Positions 1 to 9,617 of a stretch of DNA of 64,000 bases are shown here, in pieces. Position 1 is the first letter of the stretch. Each line of letters starts with the position of its first letter. The notes under the pieces were generated by a model that was not told where the DNA came from, did no database searches, and saw only the letters and a list, made by a program, of their open reading frames with translations. The stretch comes from a candidate division FCPU426 bacterium (GTDB taxonomy: Bacteria > Oederibacteriota > Muellerivitia > Muellerivitales > Muellerivitaceae): NCBI GenBank assembly GCA_963847625.1, contig CAWKAR010000034.1:32001-96000 (forward strand), written 5' to 3'. Both the position numbers and the translations under genes were made by a program.

Positions 1-131
1 CAGGTGCCGGGAGTCCTAGGAGCAGGTGCCGGGAGTCCTAGGAGCAGGTGCCGGGAGTCCTAGGAGCAGGTTCCGCGGGTCCTAGGAGCAGATCCGGGGG
101 TCCTAGGAGCAGGTGCCGGGGGTCCTAGGGG
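1..131. repeat. 22-bp tandem repeat, about 6 copies
   Basis: Unit CAGGTGCCGGGAGTCCTAGGAG: three exact copies (1-66), then three degenerate ones (one 21 bp). No spacers. Confidence 0.9.
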
Positions 132-418
132 CCGGATTTTACCCCTTCGTCCTTTTGGGTGCCGGCATCGCGATGGATTCATTAAATATGACCCCCGCCC
201 CCCCGGCAAGCGCGGTCACGAACTGGACCAATCCCGAGTTGGACCCCGGCGTCGGGCTGGGATTTAATTTGGCGGGGGGCTTGGATTTATTCCTACAAAT
301 GAAAATGGCGATGGATTTCGCGACGACGACTGAAAGCAATGTGTCAAAAGGGGAGTTTTATTCCGACAACCCCATCATTTTGTTCCCAGTCCAGATCGGG
401 GCGAATTACCGTTTCTAG
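113..418 (+). CDS. C-terminal fragment of an outer-membrane beta-barrel protein
   Basis: Amphipathic strands (YPFVLLGAGIA, PGVGLGFNL), ending QIGANYRF with terminal Phe. No signal peptide; the frame is closed by TAG at 104 inside the repeat. Confidence 0.6.
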   Translation: MPGVLGAGFYPFVLLGAGIAMDSLNMTPAPPASAVTNWTNPELDPGVGLGFNLAGGLDLFLQMKMAMDFATTTESNVSKGEFYSDNPIILFPVQIGANYRF

Positions 419-520
419 GCTTTTTTATTAAATAGGGCTGGAATTTTCCCATCGCCGCTTCCGCAATATGCAAAAAGAAGCCCGGTTCCATGGGTCCTAT
501 CACGCGGACCTTTTGGACAA

Positions 521-567
521 ACAATGAATAATGGACAATGAACGGATTCGACAGGCTCACCGCAGGC
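521..567. repeat. Heptamer repeats followed by a REP-like motif
   Basis: ACAATGA-ATAATGG-ACAATGA, then TTCGACAGGCTCACCGCAGGC. Confidence 0.4.
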
Positions 568-778
568 TTGGGTAACTTGTAAAACATTTTTTACCCCGTG
601 ATTAAACTTTCCCGCGTCACCCTGCCCCGGCAACCGGTATATCCAGCCGACAAATAGTAAAAAAGGGTGTTTAACGGCTGGTTAAAGGTCCCTTGGATGT
701 CGCCAAACGTCTAATACATTGTAAAAAGACTTTCTTTTTAGCGATTATCCCCTTTAGATAAGTAATTAAATAAGGTTA

Positions 779-870
779 AACCGCCGATCAAATCCGATGG
801 ACGCCGATAAGTTTGAAAACGCTTTGAACTATAAGCCGATATCGGCGTCAATCGGCCGTTATCGGCGGTT
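779..870. repeat. Long imperfect inverted repeat built from CCGAT units
   Basis: AACCGCCGAT/ATCGGCGGTT, CCGAT/ATCGG and GACGCCGATA/TATCGGCGTC pair around a 30-nt loop. Confidence 0.8.
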
Positions 871-988
871 AAATGGTTTGACTATCGAATCTAATTTTCT
901 TGTTTACTTATTTCAAAGGGATATTCGCCTTCTTTTTTTATAATTAACCCCAATTTTCCAAACAAAACAGGAACGGAAAAAGGCATTC

Positions 989-1552
989 ATGGAACGAGTC
1001 TGTGTTTTTATCGACGGGAATAATTTCTATTTCGGCCTCAAGAGGAATAACCTGGCGACGCGGGTGGATTATTACCAACTCAGTTCCGCCTTGGTTGGCC
1101 TGGATCGAAAATTACAGCGGATTTATTACTACAACGTCGCCTACGACCATAAAAATTTCCCCGAAAAGGCTAAAACCCAGCAACCGTTCCTGGATTCCCT
1201 CGACCATACACAATATCTGGAGCTGAGAATGGGCCGCATGGTGCTCAACCCCGATAATAAAAGTTACCATGAAAAGGGTGCGGAAGTGATGCTGTCTTCT
1301 GAAATGGTCTATTACGCGGCGCGAAACCTTTATGACACCGCGATTCTTGTCACTGAGGACGACGACTATTCCCCCGTCTTGGAGTTGGTTAAGAAAACCG
1401 GCAAGCATGTGGAAATAGCCTTGTTCCCGGATGTTCAACCAAAGGAATTAATCCGATTCTCTGACAGGAAGATCGACCTGGACATGGTTTTGAAACTGCA
1501 TGAATCCAAAATCTTTCCTGTGGATACGGCCGACAATAGGGGAAATGCTTAA
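989..1552 (+). CDS. NYN domain protein (LabA/DUF88, PIN-like)
   Basis: VFIDGNN, RIYYY, EKG, D-x-AILVTEDDDY and G-K-x-V motifs. Confidence 0.85.
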   Translation: MERVCVFIDGNNFYFGLKRNNLATRVDYYQLSSALVGLDRKLQRIYYYNVAYDHKNFPEKAKTQQPFLDSLDHTQYLELRMGRMVLNPDNKSYHEKGAEVMLSSEMVYYAARNLYDTAILVTEDDDYSPVLELVKKTGKHVEIALFPDVQPKELIRFSDRKIDLDMVLKLHESKIFPVDTADNRGNA

Positions 1553-1638
1553 ACGGGGATTAATTATTAAGAGGATTTTCTTCCGCGGGTTGAGGCAGGT
1601 TTCGAGCATCCACTTCTCGCGCAGGTTGCGCGGGTAAT

Positions 1639-2232
1639 TCATGCTTTCCTTAAATCCAAACCCTGATGCGAACGATTGAGCCGGTCAATTTCCTCCAAAA
1701 CGTGAAGGATGGGCTTTTCCAACAGGGATTTTAAAACATAATCCCCTTTGGGCATTTTTCCCATGGTCACGCAAAAAATCCCGGCGGTTTTGGCAGCCAT
1801 GACCCCTTCTTCTGACGTTTCAAAGGCCAATGCCCTGGCCGGCCGGACCCCGAGTGTCTCCAAAGCGGCCATGTGAAGTTCTGTTGTGGGCTTGGGATTT
1901 TTAGTGTCACCCAAACAGCGGATGCAATCAAAGTCATCCGCCAATTTCAATCGGGACAACTCGGAAATCACGGTTTCCTGATTCAGATTGGAGGTGATAC
2001 CCAGGCGTATTTCAAACCTTCTCAAGGTGGTAAAGGTTTCCTTCAAACCCTCAACACTATTATGGATTTCCGGGTGGTCCGGCATGACGCGGTTTTCCAC
2101 CGCGACTTCCCGGATGATCCAGTCGTAATCGAATAGGAGAACCTTGGTCAGCCAGAAACTTTCGGGCACGTGGGCAAAGGGGAGGTAACGGGGATTATTG
2201 ATATCCGACGGCCCATAGTGGAGGGGACTCAA
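1639..2232 (-). CDS. HAD-family hydrolase, divergent
   Basis: LLFDYD, GITSN, NPKP and ALAFE..GVMAAKTAG motifs. Confidence 0.7.
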   Translation of the reverse strand: MSPLHYGPSDINNPRYLPFAHVPESFWLTKVLLFDYDWIIREVAVENRVMPDHPEIHNSVEGLKETFTTLRRFEIRLGITSNLNQETVISELSRLKLADDFDCIRCLGDTKNPKPTTELHMAALETLGVRPARALAFETSEEGVMAAKTAGIFCVTMGKMPKGDYVLKSLLEKPILHVLEEIDRLNRSHQGLDLRKA

Positions 2233-2353
2233 TACTTTGTCCTTTTTAATCCAGTTTCCTCAACTGAACTATAAGCCTACATCTAAAAATTCCGGTGATA
2301 AATCAAAACATGGGGGGAAGGGGCGAAAAGTGGGACAAACCGAAGGTCGGGTC

Positions 2354-2824
2354 CTACAGGTGGCAGTTGCTTAATCCCCGTTTGGACAGGTATTTCTGGT
2401 GGTATTCCTCGGCCCGCCAAAAGGTATCCGCGGGAACGATTCGGGTGACAACCGGTTTCTTGAACCTGCCGGAATGGCTTATTTTTTTCAAGGATTCCCT
2501 CGCGGTTTTTTCCTGCGCGGGAGAATTGAAAAAGATGACCGAACGGTATTGGGTCCCGACATCCGGGCCCTGGCGGTTTAAAGTCGTGGGGTCATGGCAT
2601 TCCCAGAAGGTGTCCAGAAGGCGCTCGTAAGAAATGATTTTAGGGTCGAATTCGATTTCGACGGCTTCGGCGTGGCCGGTTTGGTCCGTGCAAACATCCT
2701 CATAGGTGGGGCGTGCCAAGCGTCCGCCCTCGTATCCCACCGCCGTGGAAACAACCCCCTTAAGGTTCCGGAACAATTCTTCCACACCCCAAAAACATCC
2801 CGCCCCAAATGTGGCTTTTTCCAT
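2354..2824 (-). CDS. msrA: Peptide-methionine (S)-S-oxide reductase
   Basis: [40 protein letters not shown] before ATG 2824. Confidence 0.97.
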   Translation of the reverse strand: MEKATFGAGCFWGVEELFRNLKGVVSTAVGYEGGRLARPTYEDVCTDQTGHAEAVEIEFDPKIISYERLLDTFWECHDPTTLNRQGPDVGTQYRSVIFFNSPAQEKTARESLKKISHSGRFKKPVVTRIVPADTFWRAEEYHQKYLSKRGLSNCHL

Positions 2825-2919
2825 GGTCTCCCCCTGGACGCAGTTGCTCATCCCTATGGAAAACTTACGGCAGGAAACCCATTGGAATCAACCCATCGGG
2901 GAAAAATATAGCTTTATTT

Positions 2920-5900
2920 TTAACGGAGAATGAGGATTTTGGAAATCCAGCGCTGGGAAGGAATAGTGACAACAGCGTAATAAAGGCCGTTAGCCGCGCG
3001 GCCGGTGAATTTATCCGGATCAAGGGTCAATTGGTATGGCCCGGTTGAAACGTAATAATCGGTGTGCTCATAGACTTTCCTGAAAGCGGTGGTAAAGACC
3101 TTCACGGTCACGTAATCGTGGGGCTTGTCGAAGGTAACCGTAAGGGTGATGGGCCCATTTCCTTTCAGGGGGTTGGGATAAAAAACCGGAGTGGAAACCG
3201 GAGGCAATGATGTAACCGGGCCCGATGTTAATGTTGGGGTTGGGGTCAAAGTGTTTGGAACAGGAGACAGGATTCCAGTCGGGGTTTCGGTCGGAGTCGG
3301 CGTCGAGGTAAAAGTGGACGTGATTGTTGGGGTATTTGTGGGTGATTGCGTCCCAGTGGCAGTATCCGTTGGAGTGAGGGTGGCTGTGGCCGTGTTAACA
3401 GACGTATTCGTCGGCGTATTTGTGGCTGTGGACGTGAATGTCCGCGTCGGGGTGTTCGTCTGGGTTAGAGTATTAGTATTTGTAGGCGTATGGGTAACCG
3501 TAGGCGTATTAGTCACCGTGGGCGTGGATGTCCGGGTCGGTGTGTTCGTCCTCGTCGAGGTGGTGTTCGTGGGCGTATTTGTAGCCGTAGGGGTTGGCGA
3601 AGCCGTAGGCGTAGCGGTGAGGGACGCCGTAGGCGTCATCGAATCCGTCGGGGTTTTCGTTGGCGTCGGCGTGGGGGTAATGGTGAGCGTAGGGGTCGGG
3701 GTTGAAGTAGGCGTCCTCGTGGGCGTGTTCGTCGGGGTGGGCGTGGGTGTGGTGGTGGACGTTGGAGTCGGGGTGTTGGTGGGAGTGTTGGTAGGTGTAT
3801 TCGATGGTGATTGCGTCCCGGTTGTCGTAAACGTCGGTGAGGATGTGATGGTTGGTGTATTCGTCAAAGTTGGGGTCGCTGACGAGGTGTGCGTTAGGGT
3901 AAACGTGGGAGTAAATGTGGTTGTATCTACTGAGGTGGTGGATGTTCGGGTGGCCGTGGGTGTTATGGTGGGTGTAAAAGTCTTAGTGGATGTGATTGTT
4001 ACGGTGGGTGTTGAAGTGATGGTCGGGGTCCGGGTGGGTGTCCCCGTGAGGGTGAGGGTGGGCGTGTTGGTGGGGCTGGAGGTCACTGTCGGGGAAAGGG
4101 TAATGGTGGGGGAATAAGTTTGGGTAGGCGTACTGGAAATGGTCGGAGACAGGGTGATTGTGGGGGTGTTAGTCGGCCCTGAGGGCGCCTGGATGACAAG
4201 CCGGTAATCGCCGTTCGGGGCGTACTCCGTGCCGGAATAAACCACGACCGTATATTGTTGTTGCGTCAAGGCCACCGTCAATTGGTCTAAGGGGGTGTTT
4301 CCCGCCGAACTGGCCACAAGGTTATCGCCCGAATCGTAAAGGTCGAATGCCACGCTGGCTTTGTTCGTCCCATCGTCGAAGCAGTCCAGTGAAATCACGT
4401 AATTTCCCGCCACAGCCGGGGTGAAGGTCCAGCTGTTGGTGAACTCGAAGTAATAATCCACGTGTCCGGTCCCCACCGCGTCCACCGTCACAGTCCCCAA
4501 CCCAGTGGGAACGGTGGTCGGAATTGACAGCGGTACCGCATTTGCCACAGGGTTCAGCGAACAGGTGGGATTGAATGGGGTGACGCAAAGCGAGAAAGTG
4601 CCCTGCTGTCCCAAGACACTCCCGTCCACGATCACGTAATAGGTGCCGGGCTGGAGAAGTCCCGTCACAAAGGAAGAGGTCGCGTCAGCGCAATATTCGG
4701 AAATCTCGTCCGCGGCAATAGTGGTGTTGGCCAAAGAAGGATTGGTTCTTAAATAAAGGGCTGTTTCGAAACTGGCACCGCAAACGCTGATGAACAGGTT
4801 GGTAGGTTGGGCGAGGGTGAACGAATAGGCGAGATCGGGCGCGCCTGCCCCGATGAGGGTCGTTCCTCCGCCCGGCAGGTTGAGAAGCTGGCTGTAACTG
4901 CTGGTGGAGGTTGCTGTATTTCCACTCACGCAGGAAACCCCGATGCTGGAAGTGATATCCGGAATCGTGGGTGATGGGGTGGGCGTGAAGGTGATGGTCA
5001 AGGTTGTAGTGGGGGTCAATTGAGGGGTAAAGGTTCCCGTGACCGGGCAGTAGCTGGCGATAAGGGGATCATTCCAGTTGCTAATATAGTCAACAGGGTT
5101 GCCAAAGCCGGAAACATTGGAGGGGAAGGTATAGCTTGTCACGGGCAAGGAATAGGCGGCGCTATTGGGCTCTCCGGTTGGTAATTGACGTGTCAGCACG
5201 AATTGGCTGACCGGGGAATAGTAAATATAAGTCAGCCAGTAATCCCCCGGCGTCAGGACAGTCTCCGGGACCGAGAACGCGTTCCAACTACCAGGGTTCA
5301 ACAAAGTGTAGCTGGAACTGGCCACCAGGTTTGCCATCTGCGTAGTGGACTGGTCGTTGGTATAGATGGCCACTGCCGCTTCCGTATAGTAGACCTGGTT
5401 TGGAATATATAAGGAGATTGTTTCCAAAATGCCGGATTGGTTCAAAGTGTAACGGCTTGCTCTCAGCCCGTTCACGTTCGACGTGGCCGTAGCGGGACTC
5501 CCGGACGTATCTATGTCTCCGAAATAGGTGGCGGCGGCCCCGCAATCCGGCGTCAGCGCCAAATTAGGGGTAGCTGTGAGGGTATTGGTCAATGTTGGGG
5601 TCCAGGTGGGCGTCGATGAAAAAGTATTAGTATTCGTTGGGGTGTTGGTCAGGATGGTTCCGGTATTCGTTGGGGTATAGGTGTCCGTGGGAGTAGGACT
5701 TACAGTGGGAGAAGGAGTAATCGTGAATGTGCTCGACGGGGTCGGGGTGTTGGTTGGAACCATGCAATAAACGGCGTACATAGCCTCATTGCCCATGCCG
5801 TAGCTGACGGAATCCGAGGATGTACTTGAGGGCAAGGTCCCGAAAGTCAGTGATATGTTTGTCCAAGCGAGATTGGTGACCCCGGAACTGGTGGTGTAAG

Positions 5901-6591
5901 TGGTATCGTACCCCTGTTCGTTATACATATAGGCCAACCAGTAATTTCCCGGAGGCAAATAAGTGGGGGGCAGGACAAAACCGTTCCAACCCTGCACCAC
6001 TAATTGGGCGCTGGATGAGTCGATCAAATTGCCGATGTTTCCCGCTGAGCCCGAGTATATCCCGGCGATCAAGGAAGTTCCCGCGGAGGGATAATAGGAA
6101 TAGATCATCATGCCGTATACGGAGGCGGGATAACTCAAAGAATACATGCTGAACCTGATGCCGGGATAACCCAATGGACCGGAGGTGCCAGTCCCGGGTT
6201 GGTACCCGCTATTGCCAAAAAAAGTAGCCGAGGCGCCGCAAGGCGGGGTCAAGGATGGATTGGGCGTAAAGGTGCCGGTGGTGGTGTTGGTGGGAAGGGG
6301 CGTGAAACTGGACGTGGGGGTCCCGGTGATGGTAGGGGTATTGGTAATAGTACGTGTGGGGGTGGGCGTGCGGGTATTGGTGATGGTAAAGGTGATGGTG
6401 GGGGTCATACTAGGTGTACGAGTCAAAGTCATCGTGGGTGTATTGGAGGACGTGCGGGTGGGGCTGGCCGTAAGGGTATTCGTTGGCGTATTCGTAAATG
6501 TATCGGTGGCTTGGGCCAAGGAAAGGGCGGGAATAAATAAATGTACCGCAACCAACCCGATAAAAATATAAAACCCGCTGAACTTCCCCAT
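2920..6591 (-). CDS. Secreted Thr/Pro-stalk surface protein with two related beta-sandwich domains, PPC-like domains and a T9SS-like CTD
   Basis: Signal peptide; two domains ending G(N/D)YWL(A/T)[15 protein letters not shown] repeats; C-terminus FYPNP...GLYY...KILILR. Confidence 0.85.
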   Translation of the reverse strand: MGKFSGFYIFIGLVAVHLFIPALSLAQATDTFTNTPTNTLTASPTRTSSNTPTMTLTRTPSMTPTITFTITNTRTPTPTRTITNTPTITGTPTSSFTPLPTNTTTGTFTPNPSLTPPCGASATFFGNSGYQPGTGTSGPLGYPGIRFSMYSLSYPASVYGMMIYSYYPSAGTSLIAGIYSGSAGNIGNLIDSSSAQLVVQGWNGFVLPPTYLPPGNYWLAYMYNEQGYDTTYTTSSGVTNLAWTNISLTFGTLPSSTSSDSVSYGMGNEAMYAVYCMVPTNTPTPSSTFTITPSPTVSPTPTDTYTPTNTGTILTNTPTNTNTFSSTPTWTPTLTNTLTATPNLALTPDCGAAATYFGDIDTSGSPATATSNVNGLRASRYTLNQSGILETISLYIPNQVYYTEAAVAIYTNDQSTTQMANLVASSSYTLLNPGSWNAFSVPETVLTPGDYWLTYIYYSPVSQFVLTRQLPTGEPNSAAYSLPVTSYTFPSNVSGFGNPVDYISNWNDPLIASYCPVTGTFTPQLTPTTTLTITFTPTPSPTIPDITSSIGVSCVSGNTATSTSSYSQLLNLPGGGTTLIGAGAPDLAYSFTLAQPTNLFISVCGASFETALYLRTNPSLANTTIAADEISEYCADATSSFVTGLLQPGTYYVIVDGSVLGQQGTFSLCVTPFNPTCSLNPVANAVPLSIPTTVPTGLGTVTVDAVGTGHVDYYFEFTNSWTFTPAVAGNYVISLDCFDDGTNKASVAFDLYDSGDNLVASSAGNTPLDQLTVALTQQQYTVVVYSGTEYAPNGDYRLVIQAPSGPTNTPTITLSPTISSTPTQTYSPTITLSPTVTSSPTNTPTLTLTGTPTRTPTITSTPTVTITSTKTFTPTITPTATRTSTTSVDTTTFTPTFTLTHTSSATPTLTNTPTITSSPTFTTTGTQSPSNTPTNTPTNTPTPTSTTTPTPTPTNTPTRTPTSTPTPTLTITPTPTPTKTPTDSMTPTASLTATPTASPTPTATNTPTNTTSTRTNTPTRTSTPTVTNTPTVTHTPTNTNTLTQTNTPTRTFTSTATNTPTNTSVNTATATLTPTDTATGTQSPTNTPTITSTFTSTPTPTETPTGILSPVPNTLTPTPTLTSGPVTSLPPVSTPVFYPNPLKGNGPITLTVTFDKPHDYVTVKVFTTAFRKVYEHTDYYVSTGPYQLTLDPDKFTGRAANGLYYAVVTIPSQRWISKILILR

Positions 6592-6796
6592 TCAAAACTT
6601 TCCTTTTACCAGCAATTATTCTTGAGCCTCTCCGGCCTAAAACGCGAGGAAAAGCCGGAAACATGACAAATTTATTCTCAACTCCTCTAACGGCTTGGGA
6701 AGGGAAAACTTGAAGAACCTTTGGCCTTTTCGGACTTTAGATGACGTGAAGGTCGCAGAAATCCCGCTGATTGAAAAATGCGAATGAATACCGCCT

Positions 6797-7507
6797 TTAC
6801 TCGTTGCCCCAGTAAATAACCAAAACCCCCGTGAAGAGACCGGGTCCCTCGTCCTTAACGCTGGCGACAGTCATGTCCAATTGGATCTTTTGGTGGACCA
6901 GGTCGTTGCTGAGATAGAGATCCGCTTTCATGTTCGCGGTCTTACGGATCTCAAAATCAATCTTGATCTTCGGGACATTGGGCTTGTTGGGATAGGGGAA
7001 AAACGCCTTTAAGGGCCGGGTTTCCTCGGCCCTCGGGGGTTTCATGCTTTTGGAGGCGTCACTGGCCGCGACAACGCGGTAGGCCAAAACCGCGCCCGGA
7101 TCCTTCAGGTTGTTTTGGATGTCCTTGAACCATCCCGGAAAGTGGTCCGGGGGAATGGGGGCGTAAAGAAGGTCCAGGGGATGGATTTCGGCCCGGCCCC
7201 CCTGCGAATCGTCGTTCACCAGGACCCCGCTGGCGAAAACAGGCTGTCCCGCCATACCCGTCACCGCGTCTTGGAAGGACTGGCGGTATTGGGGAATGAC
7301 TTTCACCTTGAGAGCCATTTGTCCGTTGGGATTCTTGACGTTGTTTCGGTTGTTCAGGTACTGGGGAGCGTCGGGCACGAAGTTGACGCTGAAATCCCCG
7401 TCCGCCGACATCATCGGCGGGCCCGCCAACTTGCCCGGGATATTGGCGAGGTATTTGTTGCAGTCAAACAAAGGACTTTTTTTACCGAAAAGGTCCATGA
7501 GCCCCAT
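6797..7507 (-). CDS. Hypothetical protein
   Basis: 236-aa ORF with AAGGAGGA RBS; GVLVND..RAEIHP segment; downstream of the radical SAM gene. Confidence 0.7.
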   Translation of the reverse strand: MGLMDLFGKKSPLFDCNKYLANIPGKLAGPPMMSADGDFSVNFVPDAPQYLNNRNNVKNPNGQMALKVKVIPQYRQSFQDAVTGMAGQPVFASGVLVNDDSQGGRAEIHPLDLLYAPIPPDHFPGWFKDIQNNLKDPGAVLAYRVVAASDASKSMKPPRAEETRPLKAFFPYPNKPNVPKIKIDFEIRKTANMKADLYLSNDLVHQKIQLDMTVASVKDEGPGLFTGVLVIYWGNE

Positions 7508-7623
7508 AGATCCTCCTTGTGGACAAAAAAAAGCGGGTGGTTCCACGGTCATCCGCGAAACCACCCGTTTATTTTATCCCTTTTTTCCGCCGGACGCACA
7601 TCAAAGCGGAAATAGGCCCTTTA

Positions 7624-8892
7624 TTAGTTGATGGAGGCCCGCTGTTTTTCCTTTTCCCGCCCCATTTTGACGCCCGGCTTGGGCACGGCCGTCACGAAAG
7701 TTCCGTATTTTTTGATTTCCTCCAGGCGGCAGCTCCAATAGAGCTTGCCTTCGTGCACCGTGATGTCGGGACAGCTGTCGCACATGCTCATGCGGCCGTC
7801 CGGCAGCAGGTCCACAGGCTGGATGATGGCGAAATTCTGCAAGTGGACCCTCCTGAACCAGGCGGTGGGGTCCAAGAGGAAACGGAAAAGGGCCTTCCGC
7901 ATGGCCTTGTCGCCCCAGCCCAGGAATAAAAGGGTGGACCTTCCCGCGTGCAGGAGGGCGGGAGAGGCGTAGCTCAGCCAAGTGCCGAAGAAGCGGTGGT
8001 GGAAGGTCTGGATGAATTCCATGAACTTGGGGCTGGTGAATCCGAAGGTCCTCTTGCCGTTGGCGATGCGGGTGGCCAGGGTCCACTTCATGTCATTGGC
8101 CTCGATGGTGCCGTTGAGGTAACCGGCCGGCTCGTACTCGGGGTCTGCTTCCCGGATCTTCGCCACGATCTCATGCGCCTTGAGGTTTTTCTCTCCGCCC
8201 CAGGATGTCTTGATGTAGGTTTCGTAGAGGTTCACTTTTTTCCCGAATGCGTAAAAGTCGAAATTCGCGGACATGCCGGGCGTGCGGAACAGAATGAACA
8301 CCATCGTGTTGATCATGTCCGGGTATTTCTCGGCCCAACGCACGATGTCGGGAATCTGGCCCAGGGTTTGCTCGGAGACGGTCTGGTTGAAACCGCAAGC
8401 CATGCCTCCCTCTTTGTACACCATTTCAGCCAGCTTCTGGCGCAGGGCGATGTGTTCCTGCTCGGTGCCGGCCTGGGAATCGTGGCGTTTCTGGGTAGTG
8501 TCGATATGGAAGGTGAAACCGAAAACCCCGGCTTTCTTGAGGTCCTTCAGTAATTCGGGGGTGAGGGCCATGCCATTGGTGTTCATGATGGGTTTCCAAC
8601 CGTACCGGCGCACGAGCCGGACGATGTCAAGGATCTGGGGATGGAGAAGGGGGTCACCCCCCGCGATGGATACGCTGTCCACCTTGCGCAGTTTCTTGAT
8701 GACCTTGAACTCCTCCTCGATTTCGAGTACGGTCTTGTGTGCGCCCTTGATGTTCTCGTGGTAGCAGCCTTCGCAGGTCAAGTTGCATTGGGACGTGACT
8801 TCCAGCCAGAAGATCCCGTTGTCGCTGAGGGACCAGGGCATGCGGTAGTATTTCTGCGGGTCAAGTGGTTTCGGCTCACTGATTTGCATCAT
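7624..8892 (-). CDS. Radical SAM protein of unknown function
   Basis: CNLTCEGC (CxxxCxxC), AGGDPLLHP, NTNG; C-terminal CDSC...C; GGAGGA RBS. Confidence 0.92.
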   Translation of the reverse strand: MMQISEPKPLDPQKYYRMPWSLSDNGIFWLEVTSQCNLTCEGCYHENIKGAHKTVLEIEEEFKVIKKLRKVDSVSIAGGDPLLHPQILDIVRLVRRYGWKPIMNTNGMALTPELLKDLKKAGVFGFTFHIDTTQKRHDSQAGTEQEHIALRQKLAEMVYKEGGMACGFNQTVSEQTLGQIPDIVRWAEKYPDMINTMVFILFRTPGMSANFDFYAFGKKVNLYETYIKTSWGGEKNLKAHEIVAKIREADPEYEPAGYLNGTIEANDMKWTLATRIANGKRTFGFTSPKFMEFIQTFHHRFFGTWLSYASPALLHAGRSTLLFLGWGDKAMRKALFRFLLDPTAWFRRVHLQNFAIIQPVDLLPDGRMSMCDSCPDITVHEGKLYWSCRLEEIKKYGTFVTAVPKPGVKMGREKEKQRASIN

Positions 8893-8983
8893 AATCCTCC
8901 AAAGGAAAAATGGCCTTAAATGTCCGGTGAAACATTGTGCAGGCAAAGGCAAGAAAACTGCAATCAACCCCCCGGGTGGAAAA

Positions 8984-9487
8984 ATGGCTTCTCGATTTGA
9001 AAGGGTCCTCAATAAAAGCGGAATTCCGGCTTGCCTTGTAAATTCAGAGAAAAAAGTGCTTTACCAGAACGAGGCCTGCAAGGAATTATGCGGGAAAATC
9101 GCCAAACGGAAATGCCCCCAGGGTTGTATTTCAGCTTGTGAAAAAACCCTGGGACTCCGGATCCCCCGGGATGGGGTGCATTTCTTCCCCAACATCAAGG
9201 TGGGAAACCAGTTGTTCGACGTGGTTTTCTTCGGGGAGGGCCAATACCGGATCAACCTTCTCCATCCCCTGCGGCAGAAGTACGATTCCTGGCTCAAGCG
9301 CTTCAAGGGCCGGGGAATCAGCCGCCGGGAAATGGAAATCGTGCGCCTCTGCCTCCAGGGATTCACCAATTCCAAGATCACCCAGAAACTTTTCATTTCT
9401 AGGGCCACCCTGAAAACCCACCTGAACAATATCTACAAGAAAATCCCAGAGATCCGTTCCGAAAACTGGCGCCGCCTGCGAAAATAA
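8984..9487 (+). CDS. LuxR-family regulator with Cys-rich PAS-like N-terminus
   Basis: ISRREMEIV..GFTNSKITQKLFISRATLKTHLNNIYKK helix-turn-helix. Confidence 0.9.
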   Translation: MASRFERVLNKSGIPACLVNSEKKVLYQNEACKELCGKIAKRKCPQGCISACEKTLGLRIPRDGVHFFPNIKVGNQLFDVVFFGEGQYRINLLHPLRQKYDSWLKRFKGRGISRREMEIVRLCLQGFTNSKITQKLFISRATLKTHLNNIYKKIPEIRSENWRRLRK

Positions 9488-9559
9488 GCGCTTGTTAAAA
9501 GTTCATTTATTCCAACGGATTCTCTTCAAATCGCAATCAGTCCTTCGATCAAGGTTTAT

Positions 9560-9606
9560 AAAAAAAAGCCCGATTCCCCTCGGGGGGAACCGGGCTTTGA
9601 TTTTTT
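9560..9606. terminator. Bidirectional intrinsic terminator
   Basis: A-run, AAAGCCCGATTCCCC/GGGGAACCGGGCTTT stem, T-run; lies between convergent genes. Confidence 0.85.
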
Positions 9607-9617
9607 CCGGGGATGGA

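Noticed and set aside
1..131. CRISPR array
   Set aside because: Units are contiguous with no spacers, and no cas genes are present.
989..1552. NYN gene as a defence or toxin-antitoxin system
   Set aside because: Standalone, with no partner gene or mobile context.
3191..4117. Val/Gly-rich plus-strand ORFs (also across 21754-32759 and 51838-52608)
   Set aside because: Antisense shadows of Thr/Pro codon repeats.
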